Made by a program: the position numbers and the translations under genes. Source: a candidate division FCPU426 bacterium (lineage in GTDB: Bacteria > Oederibacteriota > PGYV01 > Palsa-1178). Taken from it: a stretch of DNA of 64,000 nt. The stretch is taken from NCBI GenBank assembly GCA_963840035.1, contig CAWIXE010000001.1:64001-128000 (forward strand). The letters are read 5' to 3'. Shown here piece by piece: positions 47,142 through 56,512 of the stretch. The notes under the pieces are model-generated. The model did not search any database, was not told where the DNA came from, and was given only the letters and a program-made list of their open reading frames with translations. How positions within the stretch are numbered: the first letter of the stretch is position 1; every line of letters starts with the position of its first letter.

Positions 47142-50100
47142 TTACTTTAAGAATTCCTCTATCACACCCTCCGCGTCTTTCCTTCCTTCCACCTTTATCT
47201 CCATCTTATTCCCGTTCAGCTTTGCCTTTTTAAAGTTGGCGTTCACGTATTTCCTCGCCTGGTCCACGGGCTTTTCATCCCAGTAAACCACTATCACGCT
47301 TTCTGTGGCCCTTATCTCGTATGCTTTCAGTTTTCTTCCAAGTGACTTTAGCCCGGCTACAAAGACTATGTTCTTAACCTCCTGCGGCAGGTCGCCCCAG
47401 GCGTCTTTCATGTAGGATTCTATTTCCCTTATCTCTTCCATGGTGCGGGCTACGAAGAGCCTTCTGTAGATGCGGAGCTTCTCTCCCGAATCCCAGATGT
47501 AATCTTCGGGTATATACGCCTTAAACTCTGTCTTTATTTTTGTGTCTACTTCATCCTCAAAATCCACGCCTGAGAGGTTCGCGACCGCGGCTTCAAGCAT
47601 TTTGCAGTAGAGCTCAAAGCCTATCTTTTCCATGTTGCCGTGCTGTCTTGTGCCCAACAAATTTCCCGCGCCGCGCAGTTCCATGTCCTTCATGGCTATC
47701 TTAAAGCCCGCTCCCGGGTCTACATAGCTTTCTATGGTGTGAAGCCTTTCCTTTGCTATTCCTGATAAGTATTTTACATCTTTTACCAGCAGGTACGCGT
47801 ATGCCTGCTTGTCGCGCCTGCCTACCCTGCCGCGCAGCTGGTAAAGCTGGGATAAGCCGAACCTGTCTGCCGAGCTTACTATGATGGTATTAACATCCGG
47901 CATATCCAGGCCTGATTCTATGATAGTGGTGGTGATAAGCACGTCGTACTTCCTGTTTAATAAATCCACCATTATCTTTTCCAGCGCTTCCTTTTTCATC
48001 CTGCCGTGTGCCACGCGGAAACGTATCTCAGGCAGCGCCTCCTGAAGCATTTCCTTTGTCTTAAATATTGTGGTGATGTTGTTGTGGACGTAAAAAACCT
48101 GGCCCTTGCGCAGCACTTCCCTGAGTATTATTTCCTTTATGGTCTTTATCTTTTCCTCCGCCACATATGTTTCTATGGTCCTTTTATTCGGCGGCGGCGT
48201 GACTATCGTCGAGATATTCCTGATTCCTGACATGGCAAAGTAAAGCGTCCTGGGTATAGGAGTGGCCGTTAAGGTCAACACGTCAGCCTTAGGATATTTA
48301 TCGCGGAGGAATTCCTTATTCTTAACGCCAAAGTGCTGCTCTTCATCTATAATTACCAGCCCGGCATCCTTAAAATCAATCCTGGCGCTTAGGACCGCGC
48401 TTGTGCCTATCAATATGTCCACCCTGCCGCTTTTTATGCCGGCTAACGCCTCTTCCTTTTCCTTCGCGCTTATCAGCCTTGATATCATCCTTATGGTTAT
48501 GGGATAATCCGCCATTCTCTCCTTAAATGTAAAGAAATGCTGCTGCGCAAGAAGCGTTGTTGCGGTTAATACAAGAACCTGTTTGCCGGCGTTAACCGCC
48601 TTAAACGCCGCGCGCATGGCTACTTCTGTTTTTCCGAAACCGGCATCGCCGCACACCAGCCTGTCCATAGGCTTTGGCATCATCATGTCGCGCTTTACGT
48701 CTTCAATAGCTTTATCCTGGTCCTCTGTTTCCTCATGTATAAAAGCCTCTTCAAAGGCCAGCTGTTCTTTGTCATCGGCAGGATATTTTATGCCGCCTGC
48801 CACTTCGCGCTTTGCGAATATCTTCAGGAGCTCTTCCGCCATTAATGCCAGCTGTTTTCTTATCTCTTCCTTTGTCCTTTTCCAAGACCCGCCGCCTAAC
48901 TTTGAAAGCGATGGATTTCCTTCGCCCCCGATATACTTATCAATCATTGCTATCTTATAAATCGGGATGTATAGCTTGTCGTCCCCGGCATAACGCAGGT
49001 ATATGAAATCTGAGTTTGTGTCGTCTATGTCCATGGTCTTTATGCCTTCAAAAACGCCTATGCCATGCTCGCGGTGCACCACAAAATCCTTTTCCTTGAG
49101 TTCCATATAATGTTTGATTGGCTTTAAATTCTTTTCCTTGCGCCTTACCGCGACCTTTCCCTTATACCTTTCAAATATCTCCCTGTTGGATATGAAGGAA
49201 AGCCTGATATCAGGCAGCACGCAGCCTGAGTATGTATTCGCGTTTATGAATTTGGTGTTTTTAAACAGGTTTACCTTGTGAAGTTTGTCATATTCCTCCA
49301 CGGTTTCTTTCAGGTGTTTTGTCTCGCCGTCATTGTCGGATATGATGTAATTCTTATAACCCTTTTCCTCAAGATCGTTTAAATATTGAAAAAATACCTT
49401 TACATCCCTTTTAAACGGAGGATTTGACTGTATCTTAAAGCGTATGCCCTTTAAATTTTTCATTACGGAATAAGTCTTTAGCTTCTGAAAAAGCGCGAGC
49501 TTCCTGAATATAGCCGGCAGCTTGAATATGTTTTCCTTAACTTCCTCGCTTTCTATATACCTCTCCACCTTGTTTATCTTGTCTATTATCTCGGCTTTCA
49601 GCGCGTCCACTTCGTCCATAATTACAAGAGTCTTAAACGGAGCGAAATAGTCAATAATCGACGAGGTCTCGCCTTTATTCTTGCTGCCCGGGTTAAAAAG
49701 CAGCAGTTCCACCTTTTCTATGTGCTTTGTCGTTGAGTAGGTGTCCAGCGAAAAGAAGCGCAGCGACTCTATGGTGTCCCCGAAGAGCTCGATCCTTACC
49801 GGATAATCATGACCCGGCAGGAATATGTCAATGATGCTTCCCCTGATGGAGTACTGGAAAACGTTCTCGACCTTTAACACCCGCTCATACCTGTTTTCCG
49901 CGAGCATTTCAGATATCTTATCGGGATTTAAAGTATCTCCCTTTTTTAGTATCAGGTTTAAGTGCTTTACCTTGTCCGGGCCCGGTATCTTTTCAACAAG
50001 CGCGTTAATGTCAGTTATCACTATCTTGCGCCCTTTTTTAAGCAGCCCTTCATACACTTTTGCGCGCGACTTGGATATCTCGGCTGATGCCTGTATGGAA

Positions 50101-50372
50101 TGGTATATCAGGGAGTCGTCCTCGGGGTAAAAGAGAATCTGCGCGTCATTGCTGAAAAGGTCTTTTAAGCTTTCCATCTCTGAGTAAAGCGCGAAGATGT
50201 TTTCGGACGATGTTATGATAAAAATATCTTTGTCTGTTTCCGAGGTTAAAAACGAGTATAGTATTCCCTTGAAGCAGTCAGCCAGGCTTTCTGCAGTGAT
50301 GTTTTTTTGCCCTTGTTTTATAAGGGTTAACAGGCTCTGTATTTCAGCTGATTTTGACAGATGCTCTTTCAT
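47142..50372 (-). CDS. mfd: Transcription-repair coupling factor
   Basis: VVHREHGIG, MDRLVCGDAGFGKTEVA, IDEEQHFG, TATPIPRT, QLRGRVGR; start moved to ATG 50372 (track start lies inside MITE 4). Confidence 0.96.
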   Translation of the reverse strand: MKEHLSKSAEIQSLLTLIKQGQKNITAESLADCFKGILYSFLTSETDKDIFIITSSENIFALYSEMESLKDLFSNDAQILFYPEDDSLIYHSIQASAEISKSRAKVYEGLLKKGRKIVITDINALVEKIPGPDKVKHLNLILKKGDTLNPDKISEMLAENRYERVLKVENVFQYSIRGSIIDIFLPGHDYPVRIELFGDTIESLRFFSLDTYSTTKHIEKVELLLFNPGSKNKGETSSIIDYFAPFKTLVIMDEVDALKAEIIDKINKVERYIESEEVKENIFKLPAIFRKLALFQKLKTYSVMKNLKGIRFKIQSNPPFKRDVKVFFQYLNDLEEKGYKNYIISDNDGETKHLKETVEEYDKLHKVNLFKNTKFINANTYSGCVLPDIRLSFISNREIFERYKGKVAVRRKEKNLKPIKHYMELKEKDFVVHREHGIGVFEGIKTMDIDDTNSDFIYLRYAGDDKLYIPIYKIAMIDKYIGGEGNPSLSKLGGGSWKRTKEEIRKQLALMAEELLKIFAKREVAGGIKYPADDKEQLAFEEAFIHEETEDQDKAIEDVKRDMMMPKPMDRLVCGDAGFGKTEVAMRAAFKAVNAGKQVLVLTATTLLAQQHFFTFKERMADYPITIRMISRLISAKEKEEALAGIKSGRVDILIGTSAVLSARIDFKDAGLVIIDEEQHFGVKNKEFLRDKYPKADVLTLTATPIPRTLYFAMSGIRNISTIVTPPPNKRTIETYVAEEKIKTIKEIILREVLRKGQVFYVHNNITTIFKTKEMLQEALPEIRFRVAHGRMKKEALEKIMVDLLNRKYDVLITTTIIESGLDMPDVNTIIVSSADRFGLSQLYQLRGRVGRRDKQAYAYLLVKDVKYLSGIAKERLHTIESYVDPGAGFKIAMKDMELRGAGNLLGTRQHGNMEKIGFELYCKMLEAAVANLSGVDFEDEVDTKIKTEFKAYIPEDYIWDSGEKLRIYRRLFVARTMEEIREIESYMKDAWGDLPQEVKNIVFVAGLKSLGRKLKAYEIRATESVIVVYWDEKPVDQARKYVNANFKKAKLNGNKMEIKVEGRKDAEGVIEEFLK

Positions 50373-50444
50373 TGTTCCGCTCTTTCCTGATGCATTACAA
50401 TTGTATCTTAGAAAAAGACGGAATTCAATGTTATTATGCTGCCG

Positions 50445-50660
50445 TTTATTGTTTACAAAAGTGTGTAATCTATATGACGCACTTTTATTCCCTCTCCCCT
50501 TGGGAGAGGGGTAGGGGTGAGGGGAACAAAACAAGGATTAATAACCCCTCATCCTGACCTTCTCTCCCCCGCAAGGGGGGACTAAATTGAGCCGAGGGAG
50601 AAGAAAATAATTTCATTTATTTAAAGTATATTTTAAATCTACACAATTAATGACAGTATC
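50445..50660. mobile_element. MITE 4 with degenerate IS256-like ends
   Basis: TTTATTGTTTACAAAAGTGTGTAA / TACACAATTAATGACAGTATC; 9-bp TSD ATGCTGCCG / ATACTGCCG; internal CCCTCTCCC..GGGAGAGGG palindromes. Confidence 0.7.
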
Positions 50661-50779
50661 ATACTGCCGGCCTTCCTTTTAAACCGGATATATTCCACCC
50701 GCTTTGAAAATATGCTTTCTGATTAGCCAGCCTGTCTTTAAAAAAACAGATAAGGCCAGGGACCGCGATAGTTTAATGT

Positions 50780-51067
50780 TTATCCAAATGTTTGAGGCGG
50801 CCCCTGGCTTATGTTCCGGCCTATAGCGCCATTTATAATTTCTAGATTGGTTTTTTGCGATAAAAGAAGTTGTTCCATTTCGTGGATTATTGACATAATC
50901 GCGTCGGTTTTTTCGCTGTTTTTCTTTTCCTTTATCATGCCCCGGAAAAATTCCGACATATTCTCGCCGTTTTTCCTGGACATCCTTTCAACATCTTTTT
51001 TTTCTTTTTCACTGACGCGTATAAGTATCTTACAGCTTTTTAATCCCCCGGCGTTCTTTTCCCTCAT
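50780..51067 (-). CDS. Ribbon-helix-helix / MobC-like small protein
   Basis: ILIRVSEKEK..NMSEFFR pattern. Confidence 0.6.
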   Translation of the reverse strand: MREKNAGGLKSCKILIRVSEKEKKDVERMSRKNGENMSEFFRGMIKEKKNSEKTDAIMSIIHEMEQLLLSQKTNLEIINGAIGRNISQGPPQTFG

Positions 51068-51235
51068 ATATCACCCCACTGATATATTGATGTTTTAAAT
51101 CGGCGGCTTTATTGCTATCATGTCTACTTTATATCACATGTTCTGCTGTATGTCAAGTATATAATATCCGCTATGATGTATGTATTTGACGGCGGTACAA
51201 ATAGTATATTTATTCTGTAAAAAAGGAGGCGGTAG

Positions 51236-51577
51236 ATGGACATATATTCTTCATTGGGAAAAAAGATACGTGAAGCCAGAAAAAATTCCGGCATTACGCA
51301 GGAAATGCTGGCCGAGGCAGCCGGCATATCGCCTCATTTTCTGAGCACAATTGAAACCGGAAAAGAAAAAGCTTCGCTTGATACGATCAATAAAATATCG
51401 GGCGCGCTTGAAGTTCCGTTGTGGCAGCTTTTTAAGTTTGAAAACAGCATAATAAAAAAACACGGCAGGAAATACAAGCTGGATATGATGTTTGATAATA
51501 CGGGAAAAAACAAACAGGAATTCCTGGAAGAAACAATCAAGGATATCTATTCAAACCTGAGAAAATATATTAAGTAA
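51236..51577 (+). CDS. XRE family HTH regulator
   Basis: LGKKIREAR..ITQEMLAE..LSTIETG; AGGAGG RBS. Confidence 0.9.
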   Translation: MDIYSSLGKKIREARKNSGITQEMLAEAAGISPHFLSTIETGKEKASLDTINKISGALEVPLWQLFKFENSIIKKHGRKYKLDMMFDNTGKNKQEFLEETIKDIYSNLRKYIK

Positions 51578-51691
51578 GCCGTCCTCTGTTGTATTCATGC
51601 GCACCCAGAAGTACTCACGCACACTCCCGGAGTTTGCCCCTGAAAAAGCTTTGTCCCATTGATTTATAATGGCAACTATCCGCGGCAGCCG

Positions 51692-52363
51692 CTATTTTGT
51701 AAAATAGAGTGTTTTCTGATTCATTACCACAAGCGCGCTACCGACGTTTGCCCCTGAAAAGGCGTTTGTAAACTGATTGATAATGGTCGCCTGCACCATG
51801 TATGATCCCGCGCCTTTTGAAAGTATCCCTGTTCCCGTAATGTTAGCCGGGGAATTGGCGTTCCCTGACCCTGACGGCGGTATTGATACCATGGAACTAT
51901 CCGGCGCCATTGCCGAAATTATATCGCTGTTGCCTTCCACAGTCCATGTAACCAGCGATCCGTCAGCCGCTATGGTGATGTTTCCCGGCGCCACGGATGA
52001 TGCCGTATATGTTTTTCCGCCAATTGTTATATCCACGGTGTATGTCTGGTTAAACTGGTAATATGTGGCCACATCCGCTCCGAGAAGCTGCAGTCCATAT
52101 ATGCCTGCCGCATTTTCAGGCACTGTGACTATACCGGTGGGTCCGGTAACTGTTACCTCCGCGCCGGATATCCCTGCCATTGTGCCTGAATCAATAAGCA
52201 TCACATCATAAACTGTCTGCCCGAGTGAAGCCGAACTTTCCTGGCGCGAAATCTGGGCTGATATGACGAGCGTACTCGCGGGAATTGTCGGCGACCAGGT
52301 GGTTTTTTTATTGCATCCCGCCATTACCAAAGCAATCAGTATTATTACGGATATTTTTCTCAT
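51692..52363 (-). CDS. Hypothetical lipoprotein
   Basis: Lipobox MAGC; beta-rich. Confidence 0.8.
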   Translation of the reverse strand: MRKISVIILIALVMAGCNKKTTWSPTIPASTLVISAQISRQESSASLGQTVYDVMLIDSGTMAGISGAEVTVTGPTGIVTVPENAAGIYGLQLLGADVATYYQFNQTYTVDITIGGKTYTASSVAPGNITIAADGSLVTWTVEGNSDIISAMAPDSSMVSIPPSGSGNANSPANITGTGILSKGAGSYMVQATIINQFTNAFSGANVGSALVVMNQKTLYFTK

Positions 52364-52396
52364 TATTGCCCCCCTTAGGACGCACTCAGTGCGTCC

Positions 52397-52852
52397 CTAC
52401 AAAACCTTAAAGTAAATCAGAATCCACATCAGCGCCAGGCCCTGGAAGCCTGAGATTGCGTCGTCCAGCATTATGCCGTTGCCGCCGCGGAATGACTGTG
52501 CCTGATAAGCAGGCCACGGTTTTATGATATCAAGTATCCTTGCCACAAAGAAACCCACTATGAGCCTTTTCCATGTGAAGGGTATGAGGAACATGGTGAT
52601 TAAAAATCCCACCACCTCGTCTATGACCACTTTTGACGGGTCCTCGTCGTCAAAAATTACAGCGGCGTAATTGGACGCCCAGACCCCTATAAAATAAAGA
52701 CCGATGGTAATTGACGCGTAAAGCCACGGGTTCATGTCACGGAATATAAAGTAGTAAAAAGGAAGGAAACAGAATGTGGCAAAGGTGCCGGAGCCTTTGG
52801 GGAAGTAGCCTGTGTAGAAAAACGTGGAGATTATGATGTAAACATTGCGCAT
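52397..52852 (-). CDS. pgpA: Phosphatidylglycerophosphatase A
   Basis: GYFPKGSGT, DPSKVVIDEVVG, DIIKPWP, GIMLDD. Confidence 0.93.
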   Translation of the reverse strand: MRNVYIIISTFFYTGYFPKGSGTFATFCFLPFYYFIFRDMNPWLYASITIGLYFIGVWASNYAAVIFDDEDPSKVVIDEVVGFLITMFLIPFTWKRLIVGFFVARILDIIKPWPAYQAQSFRGGNGIMLDDAISGFQGLALMWILIYFKVL

Positions 52853-53004
52853 GTAAACCGTCCTTCATATAATTACTAATTTATAATTACTAATTACTAA
52901 TAAAGGTGGCGCTTCGCGCGCACTATTATAATATTGCAGGGGCGTCAGCCCGCAGCAATAGACGATAATTTGTAATTAGTAATTATAAATTAGTAATTGT
53001 TTTT

Positions 53005-53655
53005 TTAGATCTCTTTATCGAAAATCCTCTTGTTCTTAAAAAAGTACTCCAGCCCCGATATGAGCGATATGGACGCGGCGCAGAACATCAGCCAGTAAGG
53101 GGCGTAGTATACGAACTGCACCATAAAATCCCCGGCGTTGCCGAACTTCATTAATATGACTTCCCATTTTTGCTTTTCATTGAAGTATTCTATGGTATCC
53201 TGAAGGACTTTAAGCAGGAGTACTGTTGTAATGGCGGTCATCTCGACAACCGTCTTTATCTTCCCGAGCATGGAGGCCATTATTATCTTGCCTTCCTGGG
53301 CAGCCATGATGCGGATGCCGTTTACCATGAATTCCCTTCCTATTATTATCACCACCATCCAGGCAGGCACGGTCCCCAGCTGGACAAAACATAACAGCGT
53401 GGAAATAACCAGAATCTTATCGGCCAGCGGGTCCATGACTTTTCCGAAATCGCTGATAATGTTCAGTTTCCTCGCTATGTATCCGTCAAGCCAGTCGGAT
53501 ATGGCAGCTATGGCGAAAAGTATTAGTGCGATGTAATTAAAGACTATGTTGGCGGCAAGCAGCGCCGGTATGTATATGATTATTATGAGGAGCCTGAACA
53601 TCGTTATCCTGTTGGGCAGTTTTACGAGCCAGACAGGCAGTGACTTTTTTGCCAT
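53005..53655 (-). CDS. pgsA: CDP-DAG-glycerol-3-phosphate 3-phosphatidyltransferase
   Basis: LPNRITMFR, SDWLDGYIAR..FGKVMDPLADK. Confidence 0.94.
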   Translation of the reverse strand: MAKKSLPVWLVKLPNRITMFRLLIIIIYIPALLAANIVFNYIALILFAIAAISDWLDGYIARKLNIISDFGKVMDPLADKILVISTLLCFVQLGTVPAWMVVIIIGREFMVNGIRIMAAQEGKIIMASMLGKIKTVVEMTAITTVLLLKVLQDTIEYFNEKQKWEVILMKFGNAGDFMVQFVYYAPYWLMFCAASISLISGLEYFFKNKRIFDKEI

Positions 53656-54942
53656 TTAACATTCCCCTATAAGGTCAAATTTGTTAAAACCGGTTATCTT
53701 AACGTCATAAAATTCACCGGTCTTAAGATTCTTTTTGCTTTTAACAAGTATGTAATTATCTATGTCCGGCGCGTTATCCCCGGTCCTTCCGAGAAAGAGG
53801 TTTTTTGAGCGCCTGCCTATAACGAGCGTTTTTTTGGTTTGCCCTTTTTCCTTACTGTTATTATAATAGCAAACATCCGCCGAGGCAAGGGCTAAACTTT
53901 CCTGCCTGCGCTTTATAACGGCAAAGGCCGTCTTTGGCTTAATGCCTGCAGCATAAGTACCCTGCTCGTCAGAATAAGGGAATATGCCGGATTTTTCGAC
54001 ATAACCGGCGCTGATAAAGTTTAAGAGTTCCTCAAATTCAGCGTTTGTCTCGCCAGGATACCCCGTGATAAAAGAGGTGCGCAGCGACATTCCCGGCGCT
54101 TGGGCCTTTACATAGCTGATAATATCGGTTATGTCCATCTTTCCGTATCCCCTTTTCATGGATTTGAGCACCCTGTCGCTTACGTGCTGGAAAGGTATGT
54201 CCATGTAACGGCATATCCTTTTATCGTTTTTCATGGCTTTTACTATGTCCTTAATAACCGCAAAATCCGGATAAAGGTAAAGCAGCCTCAGCCAGAAATC
54301 CTTTTTTACTTTTTTGGTTATGGCCGCCAGCAGTTTTCCAAGCACTGGTTTGCCGTAATTATCGCGGCCGTAGTATGTGAGGTCCTGGCTTATGAGGTTT
54401 ACTTCCTTCACGCCGCTTTTTACAAGCGTGTTAATTTCATCCGCGATGTCCTCTATCTTCCTCGACCTGTAGCGCCCTTTTATGGAAGGAATGGTGCAGA
54501 AGGAACAGCGGTGGTTGCATCCGTCGGATATTTTTACGTAGGCTGAGTACGGGTTAAGCAGGGTCACATGTTCTTTCCCCTTGTAAACGCATGGCGCTGA
54601 ATCAAGGTATAGACCGCCTTTTTCCACGGCCTTCCTTATGTTTGACATGTCGTTTACGCCGACCCACGCGTGGACGTTTTTAAAGCGTTTTTTCAGGTTT
54701 TTTATATCCTTGGTTACAAAGCAGCCTGCGACAATTACTTTCGCGTTTTTATTTTCAAGCATGTCGGAAATAGCGCCGGTGGATTCATCCCTGGAAGCCT
54801 TTAAAAATCCGCAGGTATTAATAAGGATATAATCGGCTTCAGCCGGGTTTGATGTAAGGTGAAAGTCGCTAAGGTAGGAAATCATAACCTCGGTGTCGAC
54901 GGTGTTCTTGGGGCAGCCGAGGTTTATTACGCCGAGTTTCAT
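53656..54942 (-). CDS. rimO: Ribosomal protein S12 methylthiotransferase
   Basis: LGCPKNTVD, NTCGF, GCNHRCSFCTIP, APDID; context with rodZ and pgsA. Confidence 0.93.
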   Translation of the reverse strand: MKLGVINLGCPKNTVDTEVMISYLSDFHLTSNPAEADYILINTCGFLKASRDESTGAISDMLENKNAKVIVAGCFVTKDIKNLKKRFKNVHAWVGVNDMSNIRKAVEKGGLYLDSAPCVYKGKEHVTLLNPYSAYVKISDGCNHRCSFCTIPSIKGRYRSRKIEDIADEINTLVKSGVKEVNLISQDLTYYGRDNYGKPVLGKLLAAITKKVKKDFWLRLLYLYPDFAVIKDIVKAMKNDKRICRYMDIPFQHVSDRVLKSMKRGYGKMDITDIISYVKAQAPGMSLRTSFITGYPGETNAEFEELLNFISAGYVEKSGIFPYSDEQGTYAAGIKPKTAFAVIKRRQESLALASADVCYYNNSKEKGQTKKTLVIGRRSKNLFLGRTGDNAPDIDNYILVKSKKNLKTGEFYDVKITGFNKFDLIGEC

Positions 54943-55029
54943 TGGATTAGTCTCATGACCCAAGACCCAGGACCCAGATTACCTGGAAGGTTCCAGCTTG
55001 GGTCATGGGTCTTGGGTTTTGTGACATGT

Positions 55030-55530
55030 TTACCTATAGTTCGTAAACTGCGTGTCTATGCCGAAGTCGTGCGCCCTTATTGCCTGCATTGCTTCCTGAA
55101 GGTCGTCTTTTTTCGGGGCCGATACCCTTACAACGTCTTTTTGTATGGATGCCTGTATTTTTTTGAGCCCCAGGTCTTTTATAAATTTCACTATTTCCTT
55201 GGCCTTTTCCTGGGGTATGCCTTCCTGTATCTTCATCTTCATTATCATCTTGTTCATGCCGGACTGGTAAGGCGCCTCGCTTGTTAAAGCTTTCATGGGC
55301 ACGCCCCTTTTAATAAACTTGCCCCTTAATACTTCCTCTGAAGCCTTCACCTTATAATCATCAGTTGTGGTTATGGTTATGGTGCGCTCTTCCTGGTTTA
55401 ACTCTATGGTGGTGTTTGTGTCCCTGAAATCATACCTGTTTGTTATTTCCCTGGTAGCCTGGTCTATGCCGTTGACCACTTCCTGCATTTCTATCTTGGA
55501 TACAATGTCAAATGAGCTGTCTGATGCCAT
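55030..55530 (-). CDS. yajQ: YajQ family nucleotide-binding protein
   Basis: SFDIVS, RYDF, SIQ..VRV..KKDDLQ, FTNYR. Confidence 0.94.
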   Translation of the reverse strand: MASDSSFDIVSKIEMQEVVNGIDQATREITNRYDFRDTNTTIELNQEERTITITTTDDYKVKASEEVLRGKFIKRGVPMKALTSEAPYQSGMNKMIMKMKIQEGIPQEKAKEIVKFIKDLGLKKIQASIQKDVVRVSAPKKDDLQEAMQAIRAHDFGIDTQFTNYR

Positions 55531-55628
55531 ATATAACCTCCAAACAATTTTAAATTTTCAATTTTATATTTTCAATTAAGATCTAAAACACCAATTGAAA
55601 ATTGAAAATTCTAAATTGAAAATTGTAT

Positions 55629-56486
55629 TTACTGCGCTGCCGGCGTTACCGTCACCGCTGCCGGCGCCGTTCCTGCCGGGGTGTCTTCCGCCATGGGCTT
55701 CGGATTTTCCCTTTTAAAGCCCTGCGCCTTGTCTATGTACCAGTTCTTGCCTGTCTCAAAAACAAGACCGTTTATGACTTCTCCCGGCTCTCCGATGACC
55801 CCTATGGGATCACTGTTCTGGGTGAACTCGACGCCGCCCGCGTTGCCGACTAAGAATACTATCCTGTTAATGTCCTTCCATTTCCTCTCTTCGCCTTTTT
55901 TCATGAGGAAATCCTCTTCGCCGTTATCATGCCTTGCCTTCATCCACACGTCGTCTTTTGCCTTTACCGTTATCTTCAGGCCTGTAGGCGCCGTGACTGT
56001 GGCTACGTATACGTTATTATTTGTTTCCTGGACCCCGCCTTTTCCCCTGAAAGCGAAAACAATAAAGAGCACGAGAAATATGGCCGCCACTACAGATACT
56101 GCAATTATAATGTTGTTTTTTGTCATCATGGTAAGTTCAAGCTTTGTGCCTTTTGCCGCTTCCAGCTCCCTCGGTTCTGTTTCCTTTATGATGTCGCCCA
56201 GGGACATATGATTGTGGTGCTTTTCCGTTTTCTTCGCGGCTTCCTGTACCTCAGGCGAGAAATCATAAAGCCTCATGACCTCTTTTAGGTCCACCTTTAA
56301 ATGCTTCGCGTAAGTCTTTAAGAAGAACCTCATGTAAACAGGCTTCTCAAATATTACCAGATTTTCCTCTTCGAGGGCCTTTAAGTATGAAGGGTCCATC
56401 TTGAGGATCTTATGCAGTTCAACGTGCGTTAAATCCTTCGCTTCCCTTGCCTTTTTTAATATCTCTCCGTAGCCTTTTGCCGCCAT
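55629..56486 (-). CDS. rodZ: RodZ-like HTH/TM/DUF4115 protein
   Basis: N-terminal HTH (YLKALEE..FLKTYA), TM, VWM..GNAGGV. Confidence 0.85.
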   Translation of the reverse strand: MAAKGYGEILKKAREAKDLTHVELHKILKMDPSYLKALEEENLVIFEKPVYMRFFLKTYAKHLKVDLKEVMRLYDFSPEVQEAAKKTEKHHNHMSLGDIIKETEPRELEAAKGTKLELTMMTKNNIIIAVSVVAAIFLVLFIVFAFRGKGGVQETNNNVYVATVTAPTGLKITVKAKDDVWMKARHDNGEEDFLMKKGEERKWKDINRIVFLVGNAGGVEFTQNSDPIGVIGEPGEVINGLVFETGKNWYIDKAQGFKRENPKPMAEDTPAGTAPAAVTVTPAAQ

Positions 56487-56512
56487 TGTCTTCTCCTTTT
56501 ACAATTCCTGTT

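Noticed and set aside
50373..50534. N-terminal extension of mfd in the ORF track (likewise iscU 24887..24955 and iscS 27173..27223)
   Set aside because: Extensions run through a MITE, a heptamer repeat or the upstream gene; downstream starts fit better
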